Assembly: GCF_039541115.1 (NCBI RefSeq)
Contig: NZ_BAABFP010000005.1
Span: 434,001 to 498,000 of the forward strand
Length of the DNA: 64,000 nt
Source of the DNA: Angustibacter luteus
GTDB taxonomy: Bacteria > Actinomycetota > Actinomycetes > Actinomycetales > Angustibacteraceae
Direction of reading: 5' to 3'
Shown: positions 1 to 11,002 of the stretch, piece after piece
Layout: every line of letters starts with the position of its first letter
Position numbering within the stretch: the stretch's first letter is position 1
Notes under the pieces: generated by a model
Database searches by the model: none
Told to the model about the DNA's origin: nothing
What the model saw: the letters and a program-made list of their open reading frames with translations, nothing else
Translations under genes and position numbers: made by a program

Positions 1-73
1 ATCAGCGACGCGGGCTACCCGGTCCGCTGACCCACCCTGCGGGGTACGAGCGCCGATCGGCCGAGCCGGGGCC

Positions 74-706
74 TCAGAACCCGGACGACGACGCGCGGAG
101 CCGCTCGATCGCGTCGTTCGGCCCGTCCAGGTCCACCTGCGCGACGTCCCGCCTCCCGAAGACGAAGAGCAGGAGCTCGGCGGGCGGGCCCTCGACCCGC
201 ACGCTCGGGTGCCCGCGCTTGCCCGTCGCCCGGCCGTGGGCCGGCGCGACCAGCTCGACGCCGACGTCGCAACTGCGCAGCGCGAGCTTGCCGGCCAGGC
301 CGCAGGCCTTCCACAGCGCCTGCTCGAAGTCAGGGTGCAGCACTCGGGGCTTCCAGTCGGGCTGGGCCCGGCGCACGTCCTCGTGGTGCACGAAGAACTC
401 GGCGGTGTTGGTGGCCTCGTCCAGGACCCTCCACCGCGCCGGGTTCCACGCGGGGGGACCGCTGCGGACCTGCTCGACGAGCTCGTCCCAGGGCTGCGCG
501 GCCAGCTCGCCCTGGACGGCCGTGGTGTGCGCGGACAGGCCGGGGATGTAGAGACCGGCCTGGGCGTCCGGGCGCCGCTCGCGCAGGACCAGGTGGGCGG
601 CCAGGTCGCTGGAGTTCCAGCCCTCGCACAGGGTCGGTGCGTCCGGGCCGGTCTGCAGGAACGTCTCGCACAGGGCCAGGCGCTCCGTGCGGGCGTGGGT
701 GCTCAT
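74..706 (-). CDS. TIGR03085/MDMPI-like metal-binding protein
   Basis: N-terminal ERLAL..GPDAPTLCEGW...DLAAHL and EFFVHHEDVRRA motifs. Confidence 0.85.
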   Translation of the reverse strand: MSTHARTERLALCETFLQTGPDAPTLCEGWNSSDLAAHLVLRERRPDAQAGLYIPGLSAHTTAVQGELAAQPWDELVEQVRSGPPAWNPARWRVLDEATNTAEFFVHHEDVRRAQPDWKPRVLHPDFEQALWKACGLAGKLALRSCDVGVELVAPAHGRATGKRGHPSVRVEGPPAELLLFVFGRRDVAQVDLDGPNDAIERLRASSSGF

Positions 707-729
707 GCCCCGATCCTCGCATCCGGACC

Positions 730-751
730 TGTCGGTCGCTCGTGAGAGGCT
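730..751 (+). promoter_or_regulatory. PafBC/RecA-NDp-like promoter upstream of the ABC exporter
   Basis: TGTCGG-N10-GAGGCT; the -10 has G rather than T at position 1. Confidence 0.4.
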
Positions 752-785
752 GGTGGCCGTCCGATCGCCTACCGGAAGTGAGCCC

Positions 786-2612
786 GTGGAGACCCGCCCC
801 TACACCTTGCGTCGCGGTCTGCACGTGCTCGGCCAGGGCATCCGTCGCGTCCCGGGGATCTTCGCCCTGGCGGTGGTCGGCAGCGCGCTCTACGGCGTCA
901 TGACCGCTGGGACGGCGTGGGCTCTCGGCCGCGTGACGAGCGAGGTGATCACGCCGGCGTTCAGCTCGGGGCAGATCGACGTCAGCGAGCTCGCGGCGGG
1001 TGCCGGCCTGATGGCCGCCGTGGCGCTGCTGCTGACCACGGGCGTGATCATGCGGCGGATCGCCGCCGGGTTCGCCGTCTACGACCTGGGGGCGATCTAC
1101 CGCCGCCGGGTTACCGCGCAGTACCTGCGACTGCCGCTGTCCTGGCACGGCCGGCACCCGACCGGGCAGCTGCTGTCCAACGCCAACGCGGACGTCGAGG
1201 CGACCTGGCAGGTGTTCGCGCCCTTGCCCATGGCGATCGGCGTGGTCGTGATGCTGGCGGTCGCGGCGGTGTCGATGGTCCTGGCCGACCCGGTGCTCGC
1301 CCTGATCGGCTTCTGCGTCTTCCCGCTGGTCTTCCTGGTCAACGTCGTGTTCCAGCGCTGGATGTCCCCGCGGGTGACCCGGGCGCAGCAGCTGCGGGCC
1401 GACGTGTCCGACGTGGCGCACGAGAGCTTCGACGGCGCGATGGTCGTCAAGGCCATGGGCCGCGAGCTGGCCGAGACCGAGCGCTTCACCGTCGTGTCGC
1501 AGCAGCTGCGGAACGCGAACGTCTCGGTGGGCCGCACCCGCGGCGTCTTCGACCCGATCATCGAGGCCATCCCGAACCTCGGGACGCTCGCGGTGCTAGC
1601 CGTCGGCACCGCCCAGGTCGCCTCCGGGGCGACGACGGCGGCCACTGTCGTCCAGGTCGCCTACCTGTTCTCCTTGCTGGGTTTCCCGGTGCGCGCACTC
1701 GGCTGGGTTCTCGGCGAGCTGCCGCGCAGCGTCGTCGGCTGGGACCGCGTGCAGTCGGTGCTGGACGCCGAGGGCGGCCTGACCTACGGCGACCGCACCC
1801 TGCCCAGGGACGGCGCGGCCGAGCTGGAGCTGCACGGGGTCTCGTTCGCGCACCAGGACGCCGCGGGCGAGCGGGTGCCGGTGCTGCACGACGTGGACCT
1901 GTCGGCCGAGCCGGGTCGCACTGTGGCGTTGGTCGGGGCGACGGGCTCTGGCAAGTCCACGTTGACGGCCCTCGTGACGCGGCTCGCCGACCCTGACTCG
2001 GGCGAGGTGCGGCTGGACGGGGTGGACGTGCGCCAGGCCGCTGAGGGTCAGGTCGCGGCCAACGTCTCGCTCGTCCCGCAGCAGACGTTCCTGTTCGACG
2101 ACACCGTGCGGGGCAACATCACGTTGGGCGACCCGGCCCTGGAGGACCCCGACGACCGGCGGGTCTGGGCCGCGCTGCGGCTCGCGCAGGGCGACGGCTT
2201 CGTCGCCGCGCTCGGGCACGGCCTGGACACCCACGTCGGCGAGCGCGGCACCACGCTGTCGGGCGGCCAGCGGCAGCGCATCGCCCTGGCTCGCGCACTG
2301 GTCCGGCAGCCCCGGCTCCTCGTGCTCGACGACGCGACGAGCGCAGTGGACCCACGGGTCGAGTCCGCGATCCTGGCGGGCCTGCGTCACGCGTCCGAGG
2401 GCACCACCGTGCTGGTGGTGGCCTACCGCAAGGCCACGATCTCGTTGGCCGACGAGGTGGTCTTCCTGGTGGACGGGCGGGTCGTCGACCGGGGCACCCA
2501 CACCGGGCTGACCGCCCGCAACGAGGCGTACCGCAACCTGGTCGACGCCTACGAGCGCGAGGCGGCCGAGCGTGAGCTGCTCGAGGCCGAGGACGAGGAG
2601 GTCACGGCATGA
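786..2612 (+). CDS. ABC exporter subunit (TMD+NBD), degenerate catalytic residues
   Basis: GATGSGKS, LSGGQ, Walker B LVLDD, switch AYR; ORF open from 687, GTG 786 chosen after GGAAG. Confidence 0.9.
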   Translation: METRPYTLRRGLHVLGQGIRRVPGIFALAVVGSALYGVMTAGTAWALGRVTSEVITPAFSSGQIDVSELAAGAGLMAAVALLLTTGVIMRRIAAGFAVYDLGAIYRRRVTAQYLRLPLSWHGRHPTGQLLSNANADVEATWQVFAPLPMAIGVVVMLAVAAVSMVLADPVLALIGFCVFPLVFLVNVVFQRWMSPRVTRAQQLRADVSDVAHESFDGAMVVKAMGRELAETERFTVVSQQLRNANVSVGRTRGVFDPIIEAIPNLGTLAVLAVGTAQVASGATTAATVVQVAYLFSLLGFPVRALGWVLGELPRSVVGWDRVQSVLDAEGGLTYGDRTLPRDGAAELELHGVSFAHQDAAGERVPVLHDVDLSAEPGRTVALVGATGSGKSTLTALVTRLADPDSGEVRLDGVDVRQAAEGQVAANVSLVPQQTFLFDDTVRGNITLGDPALEDPDDRRVWAALRLAQGDGFVAALGHGLDTHVGERGTTLSGGQRQRIALARALVRQPRLLVLDDATSAVDPRVESAILAGLRHASEGTTVLVVAYRKATISLADEVVFLVDGRVVDRGTHTGLTARNEAYRNLVDAYEREAAERELLEAEDEEVTA

Positions 2613-4408
2613 GCAGCTCGACCATCGCGGGCCGTGCCGACGGCACCGAGCAGCCCACGGCGCTGCACACGCTGCGTCGCGGCGTGCAGCTGTCCCCGGA
2701 GCTCCGCCAGGGGCTGGTGGTGACGCTGCTGCTCGCCGCGGTCGCCACCGTGGGTCGGGTCGTGGTGCCGTTCGCGGTCCAGCAGACCATCGACCGCGGC
2801 ATCCTGGCGCCCGCGGGCCCGGACGTCGCCAACGTCAGCCGGCTGCTGGCCCTGGCCGCCTGCGTGGTGGTTCTCACCGCGATCGCCGCCTACGCCGTGA
2901 ACGTGCGTCTCTTCCGGGCCGCCGAGGGTGGCCTGGCCACGCTGCGCGTCGGCGCCTTCCGCCACGTCCACGACCTGTCCGTGCTCACCCAGTCCAGCGA
3001 ACGCCGGGGCTCGCTCGTCTCCCGGGTCACCAGCGACGTCGACACGATCAGCAACTTCGTGCAGTTCGGCGGCCTGATGCTGATCCTGTCCACGCTGCAG
3101 CTGGCCGTGGCGACCGGGCTGATGCTCGCGTACTCGCCCTTGCTGACCGCGGTCGTCTGGGGCTGCTTCCTGCCGGTGTTCTTCCTGGCCAAGCCGATGC
3201 AGCGCCGGGTCTCGCAGGCCTACGCCCAGGTGCGGGAGCGGGTCGGCGGGGTGCTGTCGGCGGTGTCGGAGTCGGTCGTCGGCGCCGCCACCATCCGGGC
3301 GTACTCGGTGGAGCGGCGGACGGCCGAGCGGGTGGACGCCGCGGTGCAGGCGCACCGGGACGCTGCTGTCGGTGCGCAGGTCCGGGTCGCCGCCAGCTTC
3401 TCGCTCGGCGTCCTGGTCAGCGGCCTGGTGAGCGTCGTGGTGGTCGTCGTCGGCACCTGGAGTGGCGTGCACGGGCACCTGACGCTGGGTGAGCTGCTGG
3501 CGTTCCTGTTCCTCGTGCAGCTGTTCACCGGCCCGGTGCAGATCGGCACCGAGGTGCTCAACGAGATGCAGAACGCCATCGCCGGCTGGCGCCGGGTGCT
3601 GGCCGTCGTGGACACCCCGGCGGACGTCGCGGATCCGGGCGAGGACGGCGCCGTGCTGCCCCGGGGGCCGATCACCGTCCGGTTCGACCACGTCTCCTAC
3701 GCCTACCCCGGCGGGCCCACGGTGCTGCACGACGTCGACCTCGAGATCGCGCCGCAGAGCCGGATCGCGGTGGTGGGGGAGACGGGCTCCGGCAAGACCA
3801 CCTTCGCCAAGCTGCTGACCCGGCTGATGGACCCCTCCACCGGCTGCGTCCAGGTGGACGGGGTGGACCTGCGGCAGGTCCGCTTCTCGTCGCTGCGCGA
3901 TCGCATCGTGCTCGTGCCGCAGGACGGCTTCTTGTTCGACGACACCCTGCTGGCGAACGCCAGGTTCGCCATGCCGCAGGCGACCCGCGAGGACGTCCTG
4001 CTGGCGTTCACCGAGCTCGGCTTGGCGGAGTGGCTCGAGGGGATGGCGCACGGTCTGGACACCAAGGTCGGGCAGCGCGGCGAGTCGTTGTCCGCCGGGG
4101 AGCGGCAGCTGGTCGCCCTGGCCCGGGCCTACCTGGCCGACCCCGACCTCCTCGTGCTGGACGAGGCGACGTCCGCCGTCGACCCGGCTACGGAGGTGCG
4201 GATCCAGCGGGCCCTGGACGGTCTGACCCGAGGCCGGACCTCGATCGCCATCGCGCACCGGTTGTCCACCGCGGAGGCCGCGGACGAGGTGATCGTGGTC
4301 GACGCCGGCGTGGTGGTCGAGCGCGGGCCGGCCGCCGAGCTGGTCCAGCAGGGCGGTGTCTACGCGGCGCTGCACGAGAGCTGGGTGTCCCAGCAACGGC
4401 TGCACTGA
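2609..4408 (+). CDS. ABC exporter subunit (TMD+NBD), heterodimer partner
   Basis: [28 protein letters not shown] overlap with upstream gene. Confidence 0.92.
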   Translation: MSSSTIAGRADGTEQPTALHTLRRGVQLSPELRQGLVVTLLLAAVATVGRVVVPFAVQQTIDRGILAPAGPDVANVSRLLALAACVVVLTAIAAYAVNVRLFRAAEGGLATLRVGAFRHVHDLSVLTQSSERRGSLVSRVTSDVDTISNFVQFGGLMLILSTLQLAVATGLMLAYSPLLTAVVWGCFLPVFFLAKPMQRRVSQAYAQVRERVGGVLSAVSESVVGAATIRAYSVERRTAERVDAAVQAHRDAAVGAQVRVAASFSLGVLVSGLVSVVVVVVGTWSGVHGHLTLGELLAFLFLVQLFTGPVQIGTEVLNEMQNAIAGWRRVLAVVDTPADVADPGEDGAVLPRGPITVRFDHVSYAYPGGPTVLHDVDLEIAPQSRIAVVGETGSGKTTFAKLLTRLMDPSTGCVQVDGVDLRQVRFSSLRDRIVLVPQDGFLFDDTLLANARFAMPQATREDVLLAFTELGLAEWLEGMAHGLDTKVGQRGESLSAGERQLVALARAYLADPDLLVLDEATSAVDPATEVRIQRALDGLTRGRTSIAIAHRLSTAEAADEVIVVDAGVVVERGPAAELVQQGGVYAALHESWVSQQRLH

Positions 4409-4427
4409 CGCCGCCGACCTGAACGGG

Positions 4428-4952
4428 CTAGGCGTCGACGTCCCACAGATGGTGCTGGAGGTCGTGCACGTAGTAGCGCGTCAACGACGCCACGGTGAAG
4501 ACCGAGCCGTTGGACCGGCGTCCCTGACGTTTCCACTGGGCACCGGCCACAGCGCCCAGCGTGCTGGCCACGGCCTCCGCGCCGGTGGCCAGGTCGACGC
4601 CGACCTGTTCCGGGTCGCGTTCGCCGTACCGGCCCAGCGCGGCCGCCCGGTCCTGGTCCCAGTTCTCGAACTCGGGATCGTCCTCGGCCAGCATCAGGTC
4701 GAAGCGGCGACCGAACACCTGGTGCACGTCGAGGACGTGAGCGGCGTACTCCAGCGGCGACCAGGTGGCCTCGTCCGGACGCTGCCGGACGTCCGGGCGC
4801 TGCAGCACCCGGAGCCAGGTCGCGGCGTTGGCGCGCACCAGGTCCGGGGCGTCCTCGGCGTCCAGCTCCGCCGCGTCGAACCCGCACTCGGGGCAACGGC
4901 GGTCGACGACCCAGGTCCAGTCCTTGGTGTCCGGCGTGATCGGCATGGGCAC
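4428..4952 (-). CDS. DinB family protein
   Basis: [31 protein letters not shown]. Confidence 0.85.
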   Translation of the reverse strand: MPMPITPDTKDWTWVVDRRCPECGFDAAELDAEDAPDLVRANAATWLRVLQRPDVRQRPDEATWSPLEYAAHVLDVHQVFGRRFDLMLAEDDPEFENWDQDRAAALGRYGERDPEQVGVDLATGAEAVASTLGAVAGAQWKRQGRRSNGSVFTVASLTRYYVHDLQHHLWDVDA

Positions 4953-4961
4953 AATGGTGCC

Positions 4962-5345
4962 GTGCCCACCCCCGTGCCACCGCAGTCGCCCCTGACCCCT
5001 GTCGTGTCAGCCGCGCTGAAGCGCGACCAGGACGGCCTGGTCTGCGCCGTCGTCCAGCAGCACGACACCGGTCAGGTGCTGATGGTCGGCTGGATGGACG
5101 ACGAGGCTCTGCACCGCACGTTGACCACGGGTCGAGTCACGTTCTGGAGCCGCAGCCGCCAGGAGTACTGGCGCAAGGGCGACACCAGCGGCCACGCCCA
5201 GTACGTCCGGGGCGTAGCGCTGGACTGCGACGGTGACGCGCTGCTCGTCCGGGTCGACCAGGTCGGAGCGGCGTGCCACACCGGAACCCGGAGCTGCTTC
5301 GACGGGCGCGACCTGGCGGCCGTCGTGGCTGGGCCGGCCCAGTGA
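4962..5345 (+). CDS. hisI: phosphoribosyl-AMP cyclohydrolase
   Basis: [35 protein letters not shown]; start approximate. Confidence 0.95.
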   Translation: MPTPVPPQSPLTPVVSAALKRDQDGLVCAVVQQHDTGQVLMVGWMDDEALHRTLTTGRVTFWSRSRQEYWRKGDTSGHAQYVRGVALDCDGDALLVRVDQVGAACHTGTRSCFDGRDLAAVVAGPAQ

Positions 5346-6892
5346 CGGAGCCCAGCACGGACCCCAGTCCGGACCTGACGTTCGGGACCACCTGGCCCGA
5401 CCGCGACACGTTCCGGCGGCTGGCCAGGGATCGCCGCGTCATCCCGGTGGTCCGCCGGCTGCTCGCCGACGCGGAGACCCCGCTCGGGGTGTACCGCAAG
5501 CTTGCGCAGGACGAGCCGGCCACCTTCCTGCTGGAGTCCGCCGAGCACGGCGGGGTGTGGTCGCGCTACTCGATCGTCGGAGCCCGGTGCTCCGCGACCC
5601 TGACCGAGGTGGACGGCGAGGCGTACTGGATCGGCGAGCCACCGGTCGGTGTCCCGACCTCCGGCGACCCGACGGTCGCGCTGGCCCAGACCGTGGCGGC
5701 CCTGCGCACCCCCGCGCTGGAGGGGTTGCCGCCGTTGACCGGTGGCCTCGTCGGTGCGCTCACCTACGACGTGGTGCGACGCTGGGAGCGGCTGCCCGAC
5801 GACAACCGGGACGACCTTGACCTGCCCGAGCTCACGATGATGCTGGCCACGGACCTGGCGGTCCTGGACCACTCCGACGGGTCGCTGCTGCTGGTCGCCA
5901 ACGCGGTGAACCGGGACGACACCGACGCCCGGGTGGACGAGGCCTGGTCCGACGCGGTGACCCGGTTGGACCGCATGGTCGAGCTGCTCGCGCGTCCCGC
6001 GCCCAGCACCGTCGGCGTACCGGGCGACGAGGAGCCGAAGGTGCGCGCGCAGCTCTTCGATGCCGAGTACGCGCAGATGGTCGAGCGGGCCAAGGAGGCC
6101 GTCCGCGCCGGGGACGTGTTCCAGGTCGTCCCCTCGCAGCGCTACGAGATCGACTGCCCCGCCGACGCCCTGGAGGTCTACCGCGTCCTGCGGGCGTCCA
6201 ACCCGAGCCCGTACATGTACCTGTTGCGGCTGCCGACGCCGGACGGTGGCACCTACGACGTCGTCGGGTCCAGTCCAGAGGCGTTGGTCAAGGTCGACGG
6301 ACGGCGGGTGATGACGCACCCGATCGCCGGGACCCGACCCCGCGGCCTGACCCCCCAGCAGGACGTCGCGCACGCCGAGTCGCTCCTCGCGGACGCCAAG
6401 GAGCGGGCCGAGCACCTCATGCTCGTGGACCTGGCCCGCAACGACCTGGCCCGGGTGTGTGATGCCGGCAGCGTGGATGTCCTCGACTTCATGCAGGTCG
6501 AGCGGTACAGCCACGTGATGCACCTGGTGTCCACCGTGGTGGGCCGGCTCCGCGAGGACCGCACCGCGTTCGACGCGCTCGTCGCCACCTTCCCGGCCGG
6601 CACCCTCAGCGGGGCGCCCAAGGTGCGTGCCATGGAGCTCATCGACGAGATGGAGACGACCCGCCGCGGGCTGTACGGCGGGACGGTCGGCTACCTGGAC
6701 TTCGCCGGTGACCTGGACATGGCGATCGCCATCCGTACCGCGGTGATCCGCGACCACGTCGCCTACGTGCAGGCCGGCGGGGGCGTCGTCGCCGACTCCG
6801 ACCCGATGGCCGAGTACGAGGAGTCCGTCAACAAGTCGATGGCGGTGCTGCGCGCCATCGCGGCCGCCGCCGACCTGCGCACGGTCTCGTGA
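5342..6892 (+). CDS. trpE: anthranilate synthase component I
   Basis: [44 protein letters not shown]. Confidence 0.97.
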   Translation: MTEPSTDPSPDLTFGTTWPDRDTFRRLARDRRVIPVVRRLLADAETPLGVYRKLAQDEPATFLLESAEHGGVWSRYSIVGARCSATLTEVDGEAYWIGEPPVGVPTSGDPTVALAQTVAALRTPALEGLPPLTGGLVGALTYDVVRRWERLPDDNRDDLDLPELTMMLATDLAVLDHSDGSLLLVANAVNRDDTDARVDEAWSDAVTRLDRMVELLARPAPSTVGVPGDEEPKVRAQLFDAEYAQMVERAKEAVRAGDVFQVVPSQRYEIDCPADALEVYRVLRASNPSPYMYLLRLPTPDGGTYDVVGSSPEALVKVDGRRVMTHPIAGTRPRGLTPQQDVAHAESLLADAKERAEHLMLVDLARNDLARVCDAGSVDVLDFMQVERYSHVMHLVSTVVGRLREDRTAFDALVATFPAGTLSGAPKVRAMELIDEMETTRRGLYGGTVGYLDFAGDLDMAIAIRTAVIRDHVAYVQAGGGVVADSDPMAEYEESVNKSMAVLRAIAAAADLRTVS

Positions 6893-7470
6893 CCCGCCGA
6901 CGCATCGACCGGCCCGCCTCGGCCGCCGTCCTGGCGCTGGTGGGCGGTGCCCTGGGACTGCTGGCGGCCTCCCGTCCCTGGGTGCATGCCGTCGTCATCG
7001 ACCCCGTCCTGGGGCGCACCGCCGTCAGCGCGTCCGGTCGGCAGGCCGCGGCAGTGGTCCCGGCCGTCGCGCTGGTGGCGTTGGCCGGCGGGATCGCCCT
7101 GCTGCTGGCTCGCACGATCGGGCGGCTGGTGGCCGGGCTGCTCCTGGTGGTCGCCGGCGCGGCGCAGGTCGCGGCCGCCGTGGGGATCCTGCGGTCCCCG
7201 CGGCCGTCGGTCGAAGAGATCGTCGGGCGGGCCGTGGGCGCGGTGGGCTCCTCGGACGTCCGGGTGACCCTCACCGCCTGGCCCTGGCTGTCCGTCGCCA
7301 GCGGGGCCCTCGTCGCCGTCGCCGGCGTCTGGACGGTGCTGCGCGCGCGATCCTGGAGCGAGCCGACCAGCCGGTACGACGCCCCGTCCGCCCGGACGGA
7401 GCAGGCCGGTACCGAGGATCCGCCGGACACCTGGGACGCGCTGAGCCGGGGCGAGGACCCCACCCGCTAA
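6889..7470 (+). CDS. Trp biosynthesis-associated membrane protein
   Basis: hydrophobic, follows trpE, C-terminal SRYD...WDALSRGEDPT. Confidence 0.85.
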   Translation: MTRRRIDRPASAAVLALVGGALGLLAASRPWVHAVVIDPVLGRTAVSASGRQAAAVVPAVALVALAGGIALLLARTIGRLVAGLLLVVAGAAQVAAAVGILRSPRPSVEEIVGRAVGAVGSSDVRVTLTAWPWLSVASGALVAVAGVWTVLRARSWSEPTSRYDAPSARTEQAGTEDPPDTWDALSRGEDPTR

Positions 7471-7522
7471 CCTCGTCCCGGAACGTCAGCTCATCGCACG
7501 CACCGCACAGGAGGGCCGGCAG

Positions 7523-7765
7523 ATGGCCGAGCACGCGCACCAGCACGACAGTCACGGCAACACCGTCGCCGCCTGGGCCTGCGTCGGCCTGCTCATGGTC
7601 GCCGCGTTCGTCATGTGCCTGGCCGTCGTCCTGGCCTCGGTCGTCGTGTTCGTCATCGGTGCGGTCGTGGCCGTGATCGGTCTCATCGTCGGCAAGCTGC
7701 TCTCCCTCGCGGGCTATGGGGCGTCCCGGCCCAGTGACCCCCGGGTCACCAGCGGCGTCCGCTGA
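7523..7765 (+). CDS. HGxxPAAW family small membrane protein
   Basis: HGNTVAAW followed by two TM helices; GGAGG RBS. Confidence 0.85.
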   Translation: MAEHAHQHDSHGNTVAAWACVGLLMVAAFVMCLAVVLASVVVFVIGAVVAVIGLIVGKLLSLAGYGASRPSDPRVTSGVR

Positions 7766-7814
7766 CGCAGCCGAATGCCCAGAGCCCCGCTGAAGCCCAG
7801 AGCCTGCTGAGCCG

Positions 7815-8237
7815 ATGACCGCGGCCGGGCTGCCCCGCCGGACCGCCGCTCCCGCAGCCGTTGCGGGCGGTGTGGCCGCTCTCGCGCTGGCCCTGGCGCT
7901 GCGCGACCCGCACGTCGCGGGCTCCTGGGGTCACTGCCCCTTCCTGGCCCTGACCGGACTGCCGTGCCCGTTCTGCGGTGGGCTCCGCGCCGTCTGGGAG
8001 CTGGAGCACGGCAGCCTCTCGGCCGCCGCGAGCTCGAACCTGCTGGTCGTGCTGGTCCTGCCCCTGGCTCTCGTCAGCCTCCTCGCCTGGTGGCGGCGTT
8101 GCCTCCGTGGTCGGGGCGGCACCGGCTCGCGCCGCTCGGACCGGCTCGTGGGGCCAGCAGCCGTGGCGGGGCTGCTCGTCGTCCTCGGCTTCGGCGTCCT
8201 GCGCTGGCTGCCCGCCCTGGGCTGGCTGGCTCCCTGA
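7815..8237 (+). CDS. DUF2752 membrane protein
   Basis: [19 protein letters not shown] motif. Confidence 0.85.
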   Translation: MTAAGLPRRTAAPAAVAGGVAALALALALRDPHVAGSWGHCPFLALTGLPCPFCGGLRAVWELEHGSLSAAASSNLLVVLVLPLALVSLLAWWRRCLRGRGGTGSRRSDRLVGPAAVAGLLVVLGFGVLRWLPALGWLAP

Positions 8238-8296
8238 CCTCGATGACCTCGATGACCCCGATGACGCCGATGACCCCGATGACCCCGATGACTCCG
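8235..8296 (+). repeat. 9-bp tandem repeat (ATGACNYCG), about 7 units
   Basis: tgacctcg atgacctcg atgaccccg atgacgccg atgaccccg atgaccccg atgactccg. Confidence 0.95.
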
Positions 8297-8770
8297 CCGC
8301 CTCCGGAGGCGGGCTCGCTGATGGGCCTGCGGCTGGTGGCGCGTGTGGTCGACCTGCTGGTGGTGGGCGTGGTCTTCGTCGCGGTGCTGCTCGGGGTGGC
8401 ATCGGTGGTCAGCGACGGGAACGCCGGCACCGCCGGCCGGATCGTGCTGGCCGTCGTCCTGCTCGGGTTGGTCGCGGCGGCGGCCGCGTACGAGGTCGTT
8501 CTGATCGCCTGTTGGGGCGCGACCCTCGGCAAGCGGATGGTGCGCGTCGAGGTGGTCCTCGAGGGCACGGACCAGCATCCGGGCTGGGTCCCGTCGCTCG
8601 TGCGGTGGCTGGTCCCGGTGCTGGGGTTCCTGGTCTGCGGCATCGGCCAGTACGTCGTGTACCTGTCGCCGTTCTTCGACGGCAGCGGCCGCGAACGGGG
8701 TTGGCACGACCAGGCCTCGCGCACCCAGGTGGTCAGGGTCCTGGCGGACCTTCCTGGCGGACCTTCCTGA
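8243..8770 (+). CDS. RDD family membrane protein
   Basis: [30 protein letters not shown]; start is any of six in-frame ATGs at 8243-8288. Confidence 0.8.
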   Translation: MTSMTPMTPMTPMTPMTPPPPEAGSLMGLRLVARVVDLLVVGVVFVAVLLGVASVVSDGNAGTAGRIVLAVVLLGLVAAAAAYEVVLIACWGATLGKRMVRVEVVLEGTDQHPGWVPSLVRWLVPVLGFLVCGIGQYVVYLSPFFDGSGRERGWHDQASRTQVVRVLADLPGGPS

Positions 8771-8787
8771 CGGACCCTCCTGACGGG
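8739..8787 (+). repeat. 13-bp tandem repeat across the RDD stop codon
   Basis: tcctggcggacct tcctggcggacct tcctgacggaccc tcctgacggg. Confidence 0.85.
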
Positions 8788-8877
8788 GCTCGCCACGGGC
8801 CGGCGACAGGCCGGTGGCGAGGCCCCCGCCGCACCGCTCTACCATCGAGGGCGCGGGGTACTGACGAACGAGCTGGG

Positions 8878-9696
8878 GTGAGACGGCTGAGCGTCCTGGA
8901 CGACATCATCGTCGGCGTGCGCGAGGACCTGGCGGTCCGCGAGCAGACCATCCCGTTGGAGGCGTTGCGCGAGAAGGTCGCGCGGGCCACCCCGGCCAAG
9001 GACGCCTACAGCGCGCTGGCCACGGGCGGCGGGGTCAAGGTCATCGCCGAGGTCAAGCGGTCCAGCCCCAGCAAGGGCGCACTGGCGGCGATCGGCGACC
9101 CGGCCGGGTTGGCGAGCGACTACGCCTCCGGCGGAGCCTCGTGGATCAGCGTGCTCACCGAGCAGCGTCGCTTCGGCGGCAGCCTCGAGGACCTGGACGC
9201 CGTCCGGCTGGCGGTGGAGACCCCGTTGCTGCGCAAGGACTTCGTGGTGACCAGCTACCAGGTCTGGGAGGCCCGGGCCCACGGCGCCGACGCGATCCTG
9301 TTGATCGTCGCGGCGCTCGAGCAGGAGGCCCTGGTCTCGTTGCAGGAGCGCGCCTGGTCGCTCGGCATGGCCGTCCTGGTCGAGGTGCACGACGAGGACG
9401 AGCTGGTCCGGGCGCGGGCGGCCGGCGCCCGGATCATCGGGGTGAACGCGCGCAACCTGCGCACCCTCGAGGTCGACCGTGGGACCTTCGCCCGCCTCGC
9501 GCCGTCCCTGCCGGACTCCGTGGTGCGGGTGGCCGAGTCCGGTGTCCGGGGGCCGCACGACGTCCTCGAGTACGCCCGGCACGGCGCGGACGCGGTCCTG
9601 GTCGGCGAGAGCCTGGTCACCGGTGGCACCCCCCGTTCCGCGGTGGCCGACCTGGTCGCGGCGGGTGCCCACCCGGCGCTGCGTCCCAGCCGCTGA
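8878..9696 (+). CDS. trpC: indole-3-glycerol phosphate synthase
   Basis: [37 protein letters not shown]; start GTG 8878 or CTG 8887. Confidence 0.95.
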   Translation: MRRLSVLDDIIVGVREDLAVREQTIPLEALREKVARATPAKDAYSALATGGGVKVIAEVKRSSPSKGALAAIGDPAGLASDYASGGASWISVLTEQRRFGGSLEDLDAVRLAVETPLLRKDFVVTSYQVWEARAHGADAILLIVAALEQEALVSLQERAWSLGMAVLVEVHDEDELVRARAAGARIIGVNARNLRTLEVDRGTFARLAPSLPDSVVRVAESGVRGPHDVLEYARHGADAVLVGESLVTGGTPRSAVADLVAAGAHPALRPSR

Positions 9697-9727
9697 GCCG
9701 CTGCTTCGACCTGACAGACTGGCGCCC

Positions 9728-11002
9728 ATGACCGCTCCCAGCGTCGACCTGCTCGGCGACGGCAAGTTCGGGCCGTACGGCGGCCGGTTCGTTCCCGAGG
9801 CCCTGGTGGCAGCGCTGGACGAGCTGGCCGAGGCGTTCGCCTCCGCGATGGTCGACCCCGAGTTCCGGCGCGAGCTGGACACGCTGCACCGCAGCTACTC
9901 CGGGCGACCCAGCCTGCTGACCGAGGCGCCCCGGTTCGCCGCACACGCCGGCGGGGCTCGGATCCTGCTCAAGCGCGAGGACCTCAACCACACCGGCTCG
10001 CACAAGATCAACAACGTGCTCGGCCAGGCGCTGCTGACCAAGCGGATGGGCAAGACGCGCATCATCGCCGAGACCGGCGCCGGTCAGCACGGGGTGGCCA
10101 GCGCCACCGCAGCCGCCCTGATGGGCCTGGAGTGCCGGGTCTACATGGGCGAGGAGGACACCCGTCGCCAGGCGCTCAACGTGGCCCGGATGAAGCTGCT
10201 CGGGGCCGAGGTGGTGCCGGTCACCACGGGGTCACGCACGCTCAAGGACGCCATGAACGAGGCGATGCGCGACTGGGTGACCAACGTCGAGCGCACGCAC
10301 TACCTGATCGGCACGGTCGCCGGCCCGGCCCCCTTCCCGCGCATGGTCCGCGAGTTCCACCGGGTGATCGGTGACGAGGCGCGCGCCCAGACGCTCGACC
10401 TGGTCGGGCGGCTCCCGGATGCGGTGCTGGCGTGCGTCGGCGGGGGGTCGAACGCCATCGGCATCTTCCAGTCCTTCATCGACGACGTCGGCGTCCGCCT
10501 GGTCGGGCTCGAGGCCGGTGGGGACGGGGTCGCCACCGGGCGCCATGCGGCGAGCATCACCGGCGGAACCCCGGGCGTGCTGCACGGTGCGCGGTCGTAC
10601 GTGCTGCAGGACGAGGACGGTCAGACGGTCGAGAGTCACAGCATCTCGGCGGGTCTGGACTACCCCGGGGTCGGGCCCGAGCACGCCTGGCTGCACGACA
10701 CGGGACGGGCCACGTACGAGCCGGTCGACGACGCCGATGCCATGGAAGCCTTCCGCCTGCTCTGCCGGACGGAGGGGATCATCCCGGCGATCGAGAGCGC
10801 GCACGCACTGGCAGGGGCGCTGCGGCTGGGCCGCGAGCTCGGCCCGACCGCCGTGCTGCTGGTCAACCTGTCCGGGCGCGGCGACAAGGACGTCGACACG
10901 GCCGCTCGCTGGTTCGGGCTCGTCGAACCGGCGGACCTGGTCGCGGCCGAGGCCCTGAAGGCCTCCGAGCCGGTGACCGAGGCCGAGGGGAGCGGCTGGT
11001 GA
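9728..11002 (+). CDS. trpB: tryptophan synthase beta chain
   Basis: [43 protein letters not shown]. Confidence 0.98.
   Translation: MTAPSVDLLGDGKFGPYGGRFVPEALVAALDELAEAFASAMVDPEFRRELDTLHRSYSGRPSLLTEAPRFAAHAGGARILLKREDLNHTGSHKINNVLGQALLTKRMGKTRIIAETGAGQHGVASATAAALMGLECRVYMGEEDTRRQALNVARMKLLGAEVVPVTTGSRTLKDAMNEAMRDWVTNVERTHYLIGTVAGPAPFPRMVREFHRVIGDEARAQTLDLVGRLPDAVLACVGGGSNAIGIFQSFIDDVGVRLVGLEAGGDGVATGRHAASITGGTPGVLHGARSYVLQDEDGQTVESHSISAGLDYPGVGPEHAWLHDTGRATYEPVDDADAMEAFRLLCRTEGIIPAIESAHALAGALRLGRELGPTAVLLVNLSGRGDKDVDTAARWFGLVEPADLVAAEALKASEPVTEAEGSGW

Noticed and set aside
8235..8296. Short tandem arrays (also 22584 and 48448) as CRISPR
   Set aside because: Units of 9-13 bp with no unique spacers, and no cas genes.
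7978..8877. Long N-terminal extensions of trpC (also gltB from 11900 and ppm1 from 63904) in the ORF track
   Set aside because: They overlap other real genes; family similarity begins only at the downstream starts.
4950..9728. trp attenuator leader peptide or trpM
   Set aside because: trpE overlaps hisI, no Trp-codon leader was seen, and the trpC-trpB gap is only 31 bp.
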